NCBI GenBank assembly: GCA_029858305.1
Contig: JAOUFI010000045.1
Location: 1-17,991 of the forward strand
DNA from: Candidatus Thorarchaeota archaeon
GTDB lineage: Archaea; Asgardarchaeota; Thorarchaeia; Thorarchaeales; Thorarchaeaceae
Reading direction: 5' to 3'
Length of the DNA: 17,991 bases
The first letter of the stretch is position 1. Every line of letters starts with the position of its first letter. The position numbers were made by a program, and so were the translations under genes. This document shows, piece by piece, positions 7,681-16,269 of the stretch. The notes beneath the pieces are model-generated. The model was not told where the DNA came from. It worked only from the letters and a program-made list of their open reading frames with translations, and did not search any database.

Positions 7681-9258
7681 ATGGCGAAGGTAAACTTTCC
7701 CAATCTAGAACCTTTTAAAGACGAACTATGGCTCTGTGGAAGGTGCGGTGACTGCTCCCTTGCAGACAAGATTGTAGCATCAGACCGTGGAGTAAATCAT
7801 CCATGTGGCGTGAAGAATGTTCTAGGATTTGAAACATATTCTGCCAAAGGACGCATAATGGTAATCAACGATATACTAGATGGTAATCTTGAGATTAATC
7901 AGGACATTGTTGACCTAGCCTATGCGTGCAATATATGCAAGAATTGCCAAGAAACATGTATGGCAACAGCTGACGGTATAAGAATTCCTGATATGATGGA
8001 AGCTCTCAGGAAAGATCTCGTTGCTAATGGATTCTCAGTTCAAAAGCATGAAGAAATAGAGAATTCAATCATTAACGAGTTCAATCCATACAAGGAAACT
8101 AAGGATTTCAGATTGAAGGTTTTCGGAGACCGTGAATTCCCAGAGAAAGCAGAGGTCGTCTATTTCACCGGTTGTACGAGTTCTTACCGTGAGAAGGAGA
8201 TTGCTGTTACAACAGTCGAATTGTTAAGTAAAATCGGAATCAACTACACAGTCCTGCCTGATGAACGATGCTGCGGATCTATTCTATTGAGATTGGGTCG
8301 TGAGAAGATATTTGGTGACCTTACTAAACACAATATTGAGTCCATCAAACGTACAGGCGCGAAGATGGTTGTCACAGCATGCGCAGGTTGTTATCGAACA
8401 TGGAAGATTGATGTCATCGAAGCTGGATACAAGTACGACTTTCAGGTATTACACATCACAGAATTTCTTGATGAATTGATTTCAAAAGGTGTTGCTTCTT
8501 TTGAATTGGAAGATAGATTACGTGTTACATACCACGATCCATGTCATCTTGGCAGGCATTCCGAGGTCTATGAGGCACCACGACGTGTGATAGAGTCTAT
8601 AGGAAATGTAGAGCTAGTTGAGATGACTACAAACAAAAGATATGCTCACTGTTGCGGTTCCGGCGGTGGATTGAAAGGAACTTATGGAGACCTAGCAAAT
8701 GAAGTGGCAGGAAATAGAATAAGAGAAGCAGAAGAAACTGGAGCTGAATTCTTGCTCACAGCATGCCCATTTTGCTTTCGAGGACTTAAAGATGGAGCCA
8801 GGCATATTGGAAGTGACATCAAGGTTCTTGATCTACCAACATTCCTTCTCGATACAAAAATCAGCAAGAGTATGAAGAGAGTAAAAGAAGAACCGTTGAA
8901 GCTGAAATTCATGGAATACCTTGCAAATCATCCGATGATCTTTGATGGATTAAAGAAAGGTGCAATAATAGAATATGAAATAGAAGATAGTCGATTCCAT
9001 ATTGAAGTCACTGGAAAGAGAGAAATCATTGCAAATCCTCAACGAGCTGATAATCCTGATGTTGAATTGATGTTTTCACCAGCAGCAGTGACCACACTTG
9101 TCACATTTGACTCCGAAGACAAGTATGCAGAGCAGTTTGGCAAGTTTTTCAAAGAACCAACAGACCTCGAGTGGATCAGGTTCAACCTACGATTGAACAT
9201 CGTCAAACTATTAATGAAGGGCTATAGAAAGTTCGCACAGAAAGCAGGACTGATATAA
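7681..9258 (+). CDS. Fe-S oxidoreductase (GlcF/GlpC/HdrD-like: two 4Fe-4S motifs plus two CCG domains) with a C-terminal SCP2-like extension
   Basis: CGRCGDC...PC, CNICKNCQETC, YFTGC, RCCG, TACAGC, YHDPCH, HCCGSGGG and TACPFC. About 120 extra residues follow CCG2. ATG 7681 follows GGAGGT, 1 nt after the flavoprotein stop. Confidence 0.88.
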   Translation: MAKVNFPNLEPFKDELWLCGRCGDCSLADKIVASDRGVNHPCGVKNVLGFETYSAKGRIMVINDILDGNLEINQDIVDLAYACNICKNCQETCMATADGIRIPDMMEALRKDLVANGFSVQKHEEIENSIINEFNPYKETKDFRLKVFGDREFPEKAEVVYFTGCTSSYREKEIAVTTVELLSKIGINYTVLPDERCCGSILLRLGREKIFGDLTKHNIESIKRTGAKMVVTACAGCYRTWKIDVIEAGYKYDFQVLHITEFLDELISKGVASFELEDRLRVTYHDPCHLGRHSEVYEAPRRVIESIGNVELVEMTTNKRYAHCCGSGGGLKGTYGDLANEVAGNRIREAEETGAEFLLTACPFCFRGLKDGARHIGSDIKVLDLPTFLLDTKISKSMKRVKEEPLKLKFMEYLANHPMIFDGLKKGAIIEYEIEDSRFHIEVTGKREIIANPQRADNPDVELMFSPAAVTTLVTFDSEDKYAEQFGKFFKEPTDLEWIRFNLRLNIVKLLMKGYRKFAQKAGLI

Positions 9259-9316
9259 TAGATACATATGAAGCAGATAATATTGTTTAGAGATTAATCG
9301 AGGAAGTGCTAAGTTG

Positions 9317-10129
9317 ATGGTAGACTACATTCTAATAACCAAGTTCTATAATGAACGACAACGTCTACCATCAATCATCGAGAATATCTCCAAGCAGACT
9401 TTAAGACCAAAAATATTCGTCTTCATCAACGATGGATCTAATGATGAAAGTGCAGACATTGCTGCTGAAACAGCAACAAAACTAGGTATCAAATTTGAGA
9501 TAGTATCAATGCCTCCAAAAGCAAAGGGTAACTTAGATACTCTTGGAAGAGCTTGGAACAAGACCCAACCTCTTTTGTTAAGGCTCCTGCAAAATATTCC
9601 ATATGTAGCAACTGTAGACGTAGATACCCGATTTCCCACGGATTATTTTGAAAATATGATTTCATTCCTTGAAGCACATCCAGATATCGGTGTTGTTGCT
9701 GGAGAAGTTACAGGCGAACCAAAACGTACTTTCCCTATGTTCACTGGTAAGGTATTTCGAGCTAGTATCATCAAGGGAATTCAGAAATATTGGGATATTT
9801 CTGCTGACTCCTTCATAAACGTGAAAGCACTCAGGATGGGATATAAGATTATAATACGAAAGGATATGAAAGTGGTGTCGCCTCCTACTCACCTCCATAC
9901 TTGGAAGGGGAGATTCAGGGCTGGGAGACTAGCGTATTATACAGGGACATCACTTGTTTATGTCATAATAAAAGGTATATCAAAGCATGATGCGCAGTAT
10001 CTTAGAGGACATTGGTCGGAAGTGTCAAGGGGAACTTGGCGTTGTGATGATAAAGACATTCTGGAATACTATGGAACATTACACAAAAGAAAGCTTACTC
10101 AAATCGTAAAAAGGACATTAAGATTATAA
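9317..10129 (+). CDS. GT2 (GT-A) glycosyltransferase, paralog 1
   Basis: ITKFYNE, INDGSND and DVD (DXD) motifs. ATG at 9317 (TTG at 9314 in the track). Confidence 0.88.
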   Translation: MVDYILITKFYNERQRLPSIIENISKQTLRPKIFVFINDGSNDESADIAAETATKLGIKFEIVSMPPKAKGNLDTLGRAWNKTQPLLLRLLQNIPYVATVDVDTRFPTDYFENMISFLEAHPDIGVVAGEVTGEPKRTFPMFTGKVFRASIIKGIQKYWDISADSFINVKALRMGYKIIIRKDMKVVSPPTHLHTWKGRFRAGRLAYYTGTSLVYVIIKGISKHDAQYLRGHWSEVSRGTWRCDDKDILEYYGTLHKRKLTQIVKRTLRL

Positions 10130-10171
10130 GAGTGGAGCATCTGCGGCTTCAATAACCAATCATCTACGTGT

Positions 10172-11128
10172 GTGCCCCCCGTGCTGAAGATTCTTGCAAT
10201 AACCGAATATTATAACGAGGTAGAAAACATACCAGGACTCGTAAAGAATCTCTCGTCCCAAACCCATGTGCCGGATTTGTGGCTGATCATCGATGATGGT
10301 AGTTCTGATAACTCAACTGAAGTCTTCATTGAAAATCTAGAGAAATTCAACATACCACATTTGCTCTATCGAATGCCTCCAAAGTCAAAACCTAATGCAA
10401 ATCTGAAAGGTAGGGCATTTACGAAAGTGGATATCCTGAACAATGAGTGGGTTCAACAGAATAAATTTGACTTTCTCATATTGATTGGCGCAGATACAAG
10501 ATTCCCTCCAACGTACATCGAACTTAGTACAAAAATCATGCATAAACTGCCCATATTTGGAGCACTCGGTGCTCGCATCCGCAATGAACCGGGTGGTTCT
10601 ACGCCTATGGGAACAGGCAAGATTGTTTGCTGGGATGTAGTTAAGGCAACATCAGGCAGATATTGGGATCTCGATCCAGATTCGCTTTGGAATTTGATAG
10701 CTACAAACATGGGCTACAAACTACTAATTATTTTAGATTTAGTAATCAATGTAACAAGACCAACGCATATGTATGCTCCTTCAGGATTCTATGACTATGG
10801 TAAGAGAGTGAAATATCTTGGATGGAATCTTTCATCAGCCCTTGCTTATTCAGCAATACTGTTTGTTAGAAGAACTCATCCACAACATTTCTTGCGCGGA
10901 TATATTCATTCACTCATTCGAGACAAGAATTGGCGATGCAACGACCCCGAAGTAGAAGAACACTTTAGCGTCAAACGAATGATTCAACGTTTGATTGGAG
11001 CTGTGCGAAGTCAAGATGAAGCTTTAATGACTCGTATTGGCATTGATAAGCAGAGGGAATCAGCTATTGACGAGGAATTTGTTCATCGAGCTGTTTCAAT
11101 AATTAGAAGTAAGATATCAAATCGGTAA
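10172..11128 (+). CDS. GT2 (GT-A) glycosyltransferase, paralog 2
   Basis: ITEYYNE and IDDGSSD motifs. The DXD position reads GAD. Start is uncertain (GTG 10172 or 10181). Confidence 0.85.
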   Translation: MPPVLKILAITEYYNEVENIPGLVKNLSSQTHVPDLWLIIDDGSSDNSTEVFIENLEKFNIPHLLYRMPPKSKPNANLKGRAFTKVDILNNEWVQQNKFDFLILIGADTRFPPTYIELSTKIMHKLPIFGALGARIRNEPGGSTPMGTGKIVCWDVVKATSGRYWDLDPDSLWNLIATNMGYKLLIILDLVINVTRPTHMYAPSGFYDYGKRVKYLGWNLSSALAYSAILFVRRTHPQHFLRGYIHSLIRDKNWRCNDPEVEEHFSVKRMIQRLIGAVRSQDEALMTRIGIDKQRESAIDEEFVHRAVSIIRSKISNR

Positions 11129-11138
11129 ACATCCATCC

Positions 11139-11150
11139 CTTTTTCCTTAT
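11139..11150 (+). terminator. Pyrimidine/oligo-T tract, possible archaeal terminator
   Basis: CCTTTTTCCTT-type T-rich run in the 22-nt gap between convergent GT2 and CapK-like genes. Confidence 0.3.
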
Positions 11151-12518
11151 TCAATCAAACAATGGTGACACATCGGATTTAATGAAAGAAAGTTTACCGG
11201 TTGAGCTGGGGTCAATTTTTTCAACGGGTACAAAGTCTATTTTCATATCAGATCCGAGTGTTCTCTTCATCATCTTGATTAATTCAAAGACCTCAGATTC
11301 CGAATATTGAACATTCTTCACAACTTCTACTTTAATTTCAGATTCGGATACCTGGTGAACAAAGTATCTATCAAATCCTTGCACTTTCTGGAAAAGGTGA
11401 GGTATGAACTCACCTGCAATTGGTCGTCCGTCTGTCGTAGAAAGAAAGTCATGTGTACGACCTTCTACTTTGCCAATCGTAGAAAGACCTCTACCACATT
11501 TGCAACTCGAATTGTTGAAATTAAGAACATCCCCAATTTCGTATCGAATAAATGGCATTGCAAAATTGTCAAGATCTGTAAGTATTGCAGGAACTCGACC
11601 ATTTTTACTGTCTAACATCTTTTCATTTTCGACGATAACATGTTCATCAAACACATGATATGCCTTTTTTCGCTCACACTGCGCAGCAATCGATAATATC
11701 TCAGCAGCTCCATATTGATCAAATACATCAGCAGAAAGACCCGATTCTATTGTTGTTCTTAGATCAGCATAGAGCAATTCTGAAGTTGATTGAATGATTT
11801 TCACACCCGTAAAATCAAGCCCTTCAGATAATGCATATTTTGCCAGGACATATAGTCCAGAGGGATAACCTCTGAATATGCGAATTCCTAGTTTTCTCGC
11901 GTTATCAGAAATCTGTTTTGCCATATTCAAATCCAAATCAAATATTGGATAGAACTGAATTTTCTGGATTCGTTTTAGTGTATTGGATAGAATATCTTTT
12001 ACTGTTCCTTTTTTCAGGAAACCACCTAGTGACCCCCCGCCGATTTCAAATCGACCTTCTCCAAGTTTCATACCAGTCCATAGGTAGTATCGGTTCATCG
12101 CGCCCCAAGCCCAACTAAGCGTGTTTGCATCATTATAGAATTGTAGAGGTTCTCCTGTCGAGCCGCCAGTTCTATCCGATCTTCGCATTCTGGGAGTGTA
12201 ATTGGAAGCTAATAGCTCGTGTTTGAATTTTCGTACCTGTGGCTTTCTAAGTACTGGTAGTTTGGTTAGATCTTCTACATTCTTGATATCAGAAGGATGT
12301 AAATTTCTCTCCTTGAATATTCGTCGATAATATGGCACATGATCATAAGCGTGAGATACAAGTCGCCGGAGTTTTTCCTCCTGAAAATCACGAATCTCTT
12401 CCTGATTCCACCACTGACTGTCGCAAAGAAATTTTGTCTTTTCTACGAAGGAGGTTCCTCGAATTATATCCGCGATAGGTAGAACCACCTGAGAAACCAA
12501 TGTTCGTCTAATATCCAC
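11151..12518 (-). CDS. CapK-like / phenylacetate-CoA ligase family adenylate-forming enzyme
   Basis: HAYDHVPYYR, RTGGSTGEP, GYPS, DQYGAAE, PFIRYEIGD, EGRTHD and SSTGK motifs. GTG start after GGAGG. Confidence 0.9.
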   Translation of the reverse strand: MDIRRTLVSQVVLPIADIIRGTSFVEKTKFLCDSQWWNQEEIRDFQEEKLRRLVSHAYDHVPYYRRIFKERNLHPSDIKNVEDLTKLPVLRKPQVRKFKHELLASNYTPRMRRSDRTGGSTGEPLQFYNDANTLSWAWGAMNRYYLWTGMKLGEGRFEIGGGSLGGFLKKGTVKDILSNTLKRIQKIQFYPIFDLDLNMAKQISDNARKLGIRIFRGYPSGLYVLAKYALSEGLDFTGVKIIQSTSELLYADLRTTIESGLSADVFDQYGAAEILSIAAQCERKKAYHVFDEHVIVENEKMLDSKNGRVPAILTDLDNFAMPFIRYEIGDVLNFNNSSCKCGRGLSTIGKVEGRTHDFLSTTDGRPIAGEFIPHLFQKVQGFDRYFVHQVSESEIKVEVVKNVQYSESEVFELIKMMKRTLGSDMKIDFVPVEKIDPSSTGKLSFIKSDVSPLFD

Positions 12519-12882
12519 ATTGTATCCTCCAAATCAAATGAAATAGTTCTGTTTCCCATATCAAGATTTCCTGAAAAGGCAGTTTTGATTGCCTGTGATT
12601 TATGGAATCAATCTTTTTCTTCTTGCTCATTCAGGTATTGCTTGAAAGATGGATATCAGCACGATGAATATATCTTAAACTAATAATGCGTAGCTACAAC
12701 AAAACCAACTCATATGCACTACCAAGAATTGGTGATTCATCTACGTGCATAATCAGAAGAAATGTCGTAGTTATAATAATGCTTTTGAATCCATAGGAGG
12801 GATTTGGCCGAATCCTTTTTCAAGATTTCAAGATGCAAGTTTCAAGTGAACCAAAGTAGACAATTTAGAGAGGTTATAGAGA

Positions 12883-14304
12883 GTGTCGTGGGTTCAGGAT
12901 TTCATTGAGTTTCAGAGATTGGAGGATGAGCTCAATCTTTTCGATATTACAATACAGGGCGTAAAAGTCTGGGAACGTATCAGGTTTCAGATTTATTCAG
13001 CAATCGAAACGAGGATGCTTGATAAATCGTTTACTCATCAAAGAAAAAACAGATTTTCTCGATTAATAAGACTACTCAAGGCAATATTTTCTTTTAGGAG
13101 AAATCCTCGATTTGCACCTAAATCAGACATTATGTTTGTATGCAGTGCTCGGCGAGTACTTGAAAATGATGGCATGTGGTGGGATATATACACGGATCCA
13201 ATAACCCAAGAATTCGAAGTGACACCAATTGCTTTTGAAACTCATTTCAATAATCAACATTATGGACCTGAGAAGACTCCAAACCTTCGATATTTTGACT
13301 TCTTTGAAACAATAGCCTATCTTAAGAGAACTTTGGGAATAACCAAGATTACACTCGATTCGCGTGAAATTCAATTACTTGGAAATATTGCTGATGAGTT
13401 GAATAACAGATTCCAAACAAAACTGAAAATTGAATCTATCACACGCAGACTGTTGGAAGAACGAAAAGTAAGACTACCACAATATATTAGTTTACTAAAA
13501 AGGATTAAACCGAAAATAGTGGTTCTTGCTCAAGGATATTATTGGGAAGATATGATTGAGGCATGCAGGTTATTGGGAATAAAAACAGTGGAGCTGCAAC
13601 ATGGAGTAATATATCAATATCATGCAGCATACTCCTACGAAGGACACTCGCGAAGGAAAGATCAATTCGCAGATTACATCCTTTTATGGGGAGATTATTG
13701 GAAATCTAGCGTTGTATTTCCAATTCCTGAAGAGAGATCTGTCAGTGTAGGATTTCCATATCTTGAAAGTAAGAGAAATTCGCTCTCGGGTATAGAAAAG
13801 AAGCGGCAAATCCTATTCATATCTCAAGGGAATATTGGAGTGAAACTTTCGGAGTTTGCGGTCGCTGTAAGTGAAACCATTAGTCGCGAGTACAAAATTG
13901 TATACAAGCTGCATCCACAGGAGCAAATGGATTGGAGAGAAAAATACCCTTGGCTCGTTTCTAGTTCGATCGAAGTAGTAGATCCGTCAAAGATAACACT
14001 TCACGAGTTATTTGCAGAATCGGAAATACAAGTGGGAGTATGTTCCACAGCTCTCTTTGAAGGCCTCGCCTTTGGATTGAGAACATATGTTCTTGATGCA
14101 TCATGCGTTGAACTTATGAATCCTATAATCGAAAAAGGAATAGTAAAGAAAGTGTCTTCTCCAGAGGAGTTCTCGCGAGATATCAATCGAGACAGCAATA
14201 TGTCTTCATTCAACATCAATCTTGTGTTCAAAGATCATGCCACTGAAAACATCATCTCATTTCTTAGAGGATTATTGGATGAAATGCACCAATTAGTCAA
14301 TTAA
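12883..14304 (+). CDS. Putative GT-B nonulosonate (sialyl/pseudaminyl-like) transferase
   Basis: ELQHG, LWGDYWK, VGFPY, ILFISQ, YKLHPQE and STALFEGLAFG resemble CMP-sugar/CDP-polyol GT-B transferases with an HP motif. Adjacent to pseI. SD GAGGT with a GTG start. Confidence 0.6.
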   Translation: MSWVQDFIEFQRLEDELNLFDITIQGVKVWERIRFQIYSAIETRMLDKSFTHQRKNRFSRLIRLLKAIFSFRRNPRFAPKSDIMFVCSARRVLENDGMWWDIYTDPITQEFEVTPIAFETHFNNQHYGPEKTPNLRYFDFFETIAYLKRTLGITKITLDSREIQLLGNIADELNNRFQTKLKIESITRRLLEERKVRLPQYISLLKRIKPKIVVLAQGYYWEDMIEACRLLGIKTVELQHGVIYQYHAAYSYEGHSRRKDQFADYILLWGDYWKSSVVFPIPEERSVSVGFPYLESKRNSLSGIEKKRQILFISQGNIGVKLSEFAVAVSETISREYKIVYKLHPQEQMDWREKYPWLVSSSIEVVDPSKITLHELFAESEIQVGVCSTALFEGLAFGLRTYVLDASCVELMNPIIEKGIVKKVSSPEEFSRDINRDSNMSSFNINLVFKDHATENIISFLRGLLDEMHQLVN

Positions 14305-15342
14305 TTCCCACGAAAGAGGGGTTCCTTTCGTGATATGGTGTTTTGCTTTTCTTCCTAGAATATCATTAAGATATTTTGGTGCCAAGCCAAATGCAGGGCG
14401 GATTGACCTTACATTTTCATGAGTGAATACCGCTCCTTCTTCAATATCACAAATTGAAAATAATGATCTTGAAAATTCTCTGTTCCGTTTTATCTTTTCG
14501 CTCAGAGTGTAATCAACGGTTCCCAACGCTTCTTCAACTTCTCTTACTGACTTAACCATCATTTCAAATTCATGCGGTTCCAAAGAGAATGATGAGTCGG
14601 GTCCTCCTAGCGACCTATCAAAAATGATATGCTTCTCAATTAGACAAGCTCCAAGCGAAGCTGCAGCGATGGGGAGAGTGATACCTGATGTGTGGTCAGA
14701 AAGACCCACTAAGGTATTGAATTTTTTAGCAAGATCAGGCATTGTTCGGAGGTTGACCTCATTCATTGGAGTAGGATATGCGGATGTGCATTTCAAGAGG
14801 ATGATATCATCATTGCCTTTATTTCTGCATGCCTTCACAGCTTCTTCAATATCCTCTAAATATGCAATGCCAGTTGAGATGATGACGGGCTTCTTTTTTG
14901 ATGCTACGTATTCTATCAATGGAATGTCTGTGATTTCAAAAGAAGCAATTTTGTAAGCAGACACTTGCATATTCTCTAAGAAATTGACAGCAGTCAAATC
15001 AAAAGGTGACGAGAAACATTCTAAACCTAATTTTTCTGCATATTGCTTGAGCTTTGGCTGCCAATCCCATGGAGTGTATGCTTCTTCATAAAGCTCATAG
15101 AGAGTCTTTCCATCCCAGATAGTGCCTTGCTTTATTTGAAAATACTCATTATCACAATTGAGAGTGATTGTATCTGGCGTGTAGGTTTGAAGCTTGACTG
15201 CATCAGCTCCTGCCTTGTGAGCAGCTTCAATAGTTTTGATTGCAAGATCATAGTTTTGTAGATGGTTGGCAGAGAGTTCAGCGACAATAAATACAGGATT
15301 GCTTTCACCTATCAGACGATTACCAATCCGAATCTTTTTCAT
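14293..15342 (-). CDS. pseI: Pseudaminic acid synthase (NeuB family with SAF domain)
   Basis: AELSANH, KLQTYTPDTIT, KIASFEITD, LKCTSAYP, GLSDHT, IEKH, GGPDSSFSLEP and RSIRP motifs. ATG 15342 after GAGGT is preferred over the track start at 15384. Confidence 0.92.
   Translation of the reverse strand: MKKIRIGNRLIGESNPVFIVAELSANHLQNYDLAIKTIEAAHKAGADAVKLQTYTPDTITLNCDNEYFQIKQGTIWDGKTLYELYEEAYTPWDWQPKLKQYAEKLGLECFSSPFDLTAVNFLENMQVSAYKIASFEITDIPLIEYVASKKKPVIISTGIAYLEDIEEAVKACRNKGNDDIILLKCTSAYPTPMNEVNLRTMPDLAKKFNTLVGLSDHTSGITLPIAAASLGACLIEKHIIFDRSLGGPDSSFSLEPHEFEMMVKSVREVEEALGTVDYTLSEKIKRNREFSRSLFSICDIEEGAVFTHENVRSIRPAFGLAPKYLNDILGRKAKHHITKGTPLSWELID
14309..14332 (+). terminator. Perfect 8-bp hairpin just after the transferase stop, inside the 3' end of pseI
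   Basis: CACGAAAG-aggggttc-CTTTCGTG, with T-rich sequence shortly downstream. Confidence 0.35.
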
Positions 15343-15410
15343 TGTTATACCTCTTGAGGAAATCATCTCCACCGCACATCGCATTCTGTGCTTTCCCCTT
15401 AATGGATATT

Positions 15411-15435
15411 GGTATATTTAAATGGGTGTTGCAAC
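15411..15435. promoter_or_regulatory. Probable bidirectional promoter for pseI and pseF-B-C
   Basis: Symmetric TATA-like ATTTAAAT (15416-15423) and palindrome GTTGCAAC (15428-15435) lie between the divergent starts. Confidence 0.4.
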
Positions 15436-15470
15436 TTGAACGGTAGCAAGATCTACATGATGGAATTTGT

Positions 15471-16247
15471 ATGAAGTCTAAAATTGTTGCAGTAATTCAA
15501 GCAAGAATGAGATCATCAAGATTTCCAGGAAAACCCCTTGAAAAAATCGGAGAATGGTCGCTTATCGAACTAGTATTAAGACGAGTTAGTAAATCTTCCA
15601 AAATTGAGAAAGTTATTCTAGCCACTTCTTCAAATCCGAACGACGATATCTTAGCCACACATGTTGAGTCTTTAGGTTTTCCAGTTTTTCGTGGTTCAGA
15701 AAATGATGTTCTATCGAGATTCTATGAAGCTGCGAGAGAATATGAGCCCCTTGCCGTTGTCAGAATCACTGGAGACTGTCCTCTTATATCGCCGAGTCTG
15801 ATTGATTATGCGATTGAGAATTTTGCTGTTAAGAACGTCGATTATTTGACTATCTCAATAGGAGAAGAAAAGGAGCGAGCATATCCCAGAGGTTTTGATG
15901 TTGAGGTTGCGAGTTTTAAAGCCTTGACCGAAGCTGTGGAGAATGCTTCTAAACAGTATGAACGTGAACATGTTATGCCTTATCTGTATACACACAGAGA
16001 TAGATTCTCAATAGAATACCTGGATCCCTCTCCGGATGTTTCTAGACCAAGATATCGTTTATGTGTAGATACAAAGAAGGATTTAGAAGTAATCATGCGA
16101 ATATATGATTTTTTCAAAGGTAAATTGGTTGACATTGAATATAAAGAAATAATCAGCTTCCTCGATCGCAACCCGGATGTACACTTAATCAACCAGTCTG
16201 TTAAGCAAAAGCACTATACTGAATCGGACAAAAGAATAGTACAATAA
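15471..16247 (+). CDS. spsF: Acylneuraminate-type cytidylyltransferase (SpsF/PseF-like, CMP-nonulosonate synthetase)
   Basis: IQARMRSSRFPGK, GSENDVLSRF, RITGDCP, PRGFDVE, REHVMP and RLCVDT motifs. Confidence 0.9.
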   Translation: MKSKIVAVIQARMRSSRFPGKPLEKIGEWSLIELVLRRVSKSSKIEKVILATSSNPNDDILATHVESLGFPVFRGSENDVLSRFYEAAREYEPLAVVRITGDCPLISPSLIDYAIENFAVKNVDYLTISIGEEKERAYPRGFDVEVASFKALTEAVENASKQYEREHVMPYLYTHRDRFSIEYLDPSPDVSRPRYRLCVDTKKDLEVIMRIYDFFKGKLVDIEYKEIISFLDRNPDVHLINQSVKQKHYTESDKRIVQ

Positions 16248-16269
16248 GATTCAAATTACGAGTGTTGAT

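Noticed and set aside
6255-9258. Plain glcD/glcF or heterodisulfide reductase call
   Set aside because: The catalytic EHG motif is absent, there is an extra C-terminal domain, and no glcE or hdr partners are present. Gene symbols were withheld.
11151-12518. paaK (phenylacetate catabolism)
   Set aside because: No paa genes nearby. The glycan-locus context and N-terminal SQWW..EEIRDFQ pattern fit the CapK-like subgroup.
12508-12630. 40-codon minus-strand ORF (MSKKKKIDSINH...) overlapping the CapK-like start
   Set aside because: No clear SD and no recognisable motif, and the length is compatible with chance. Ribosome profiling would be needed.
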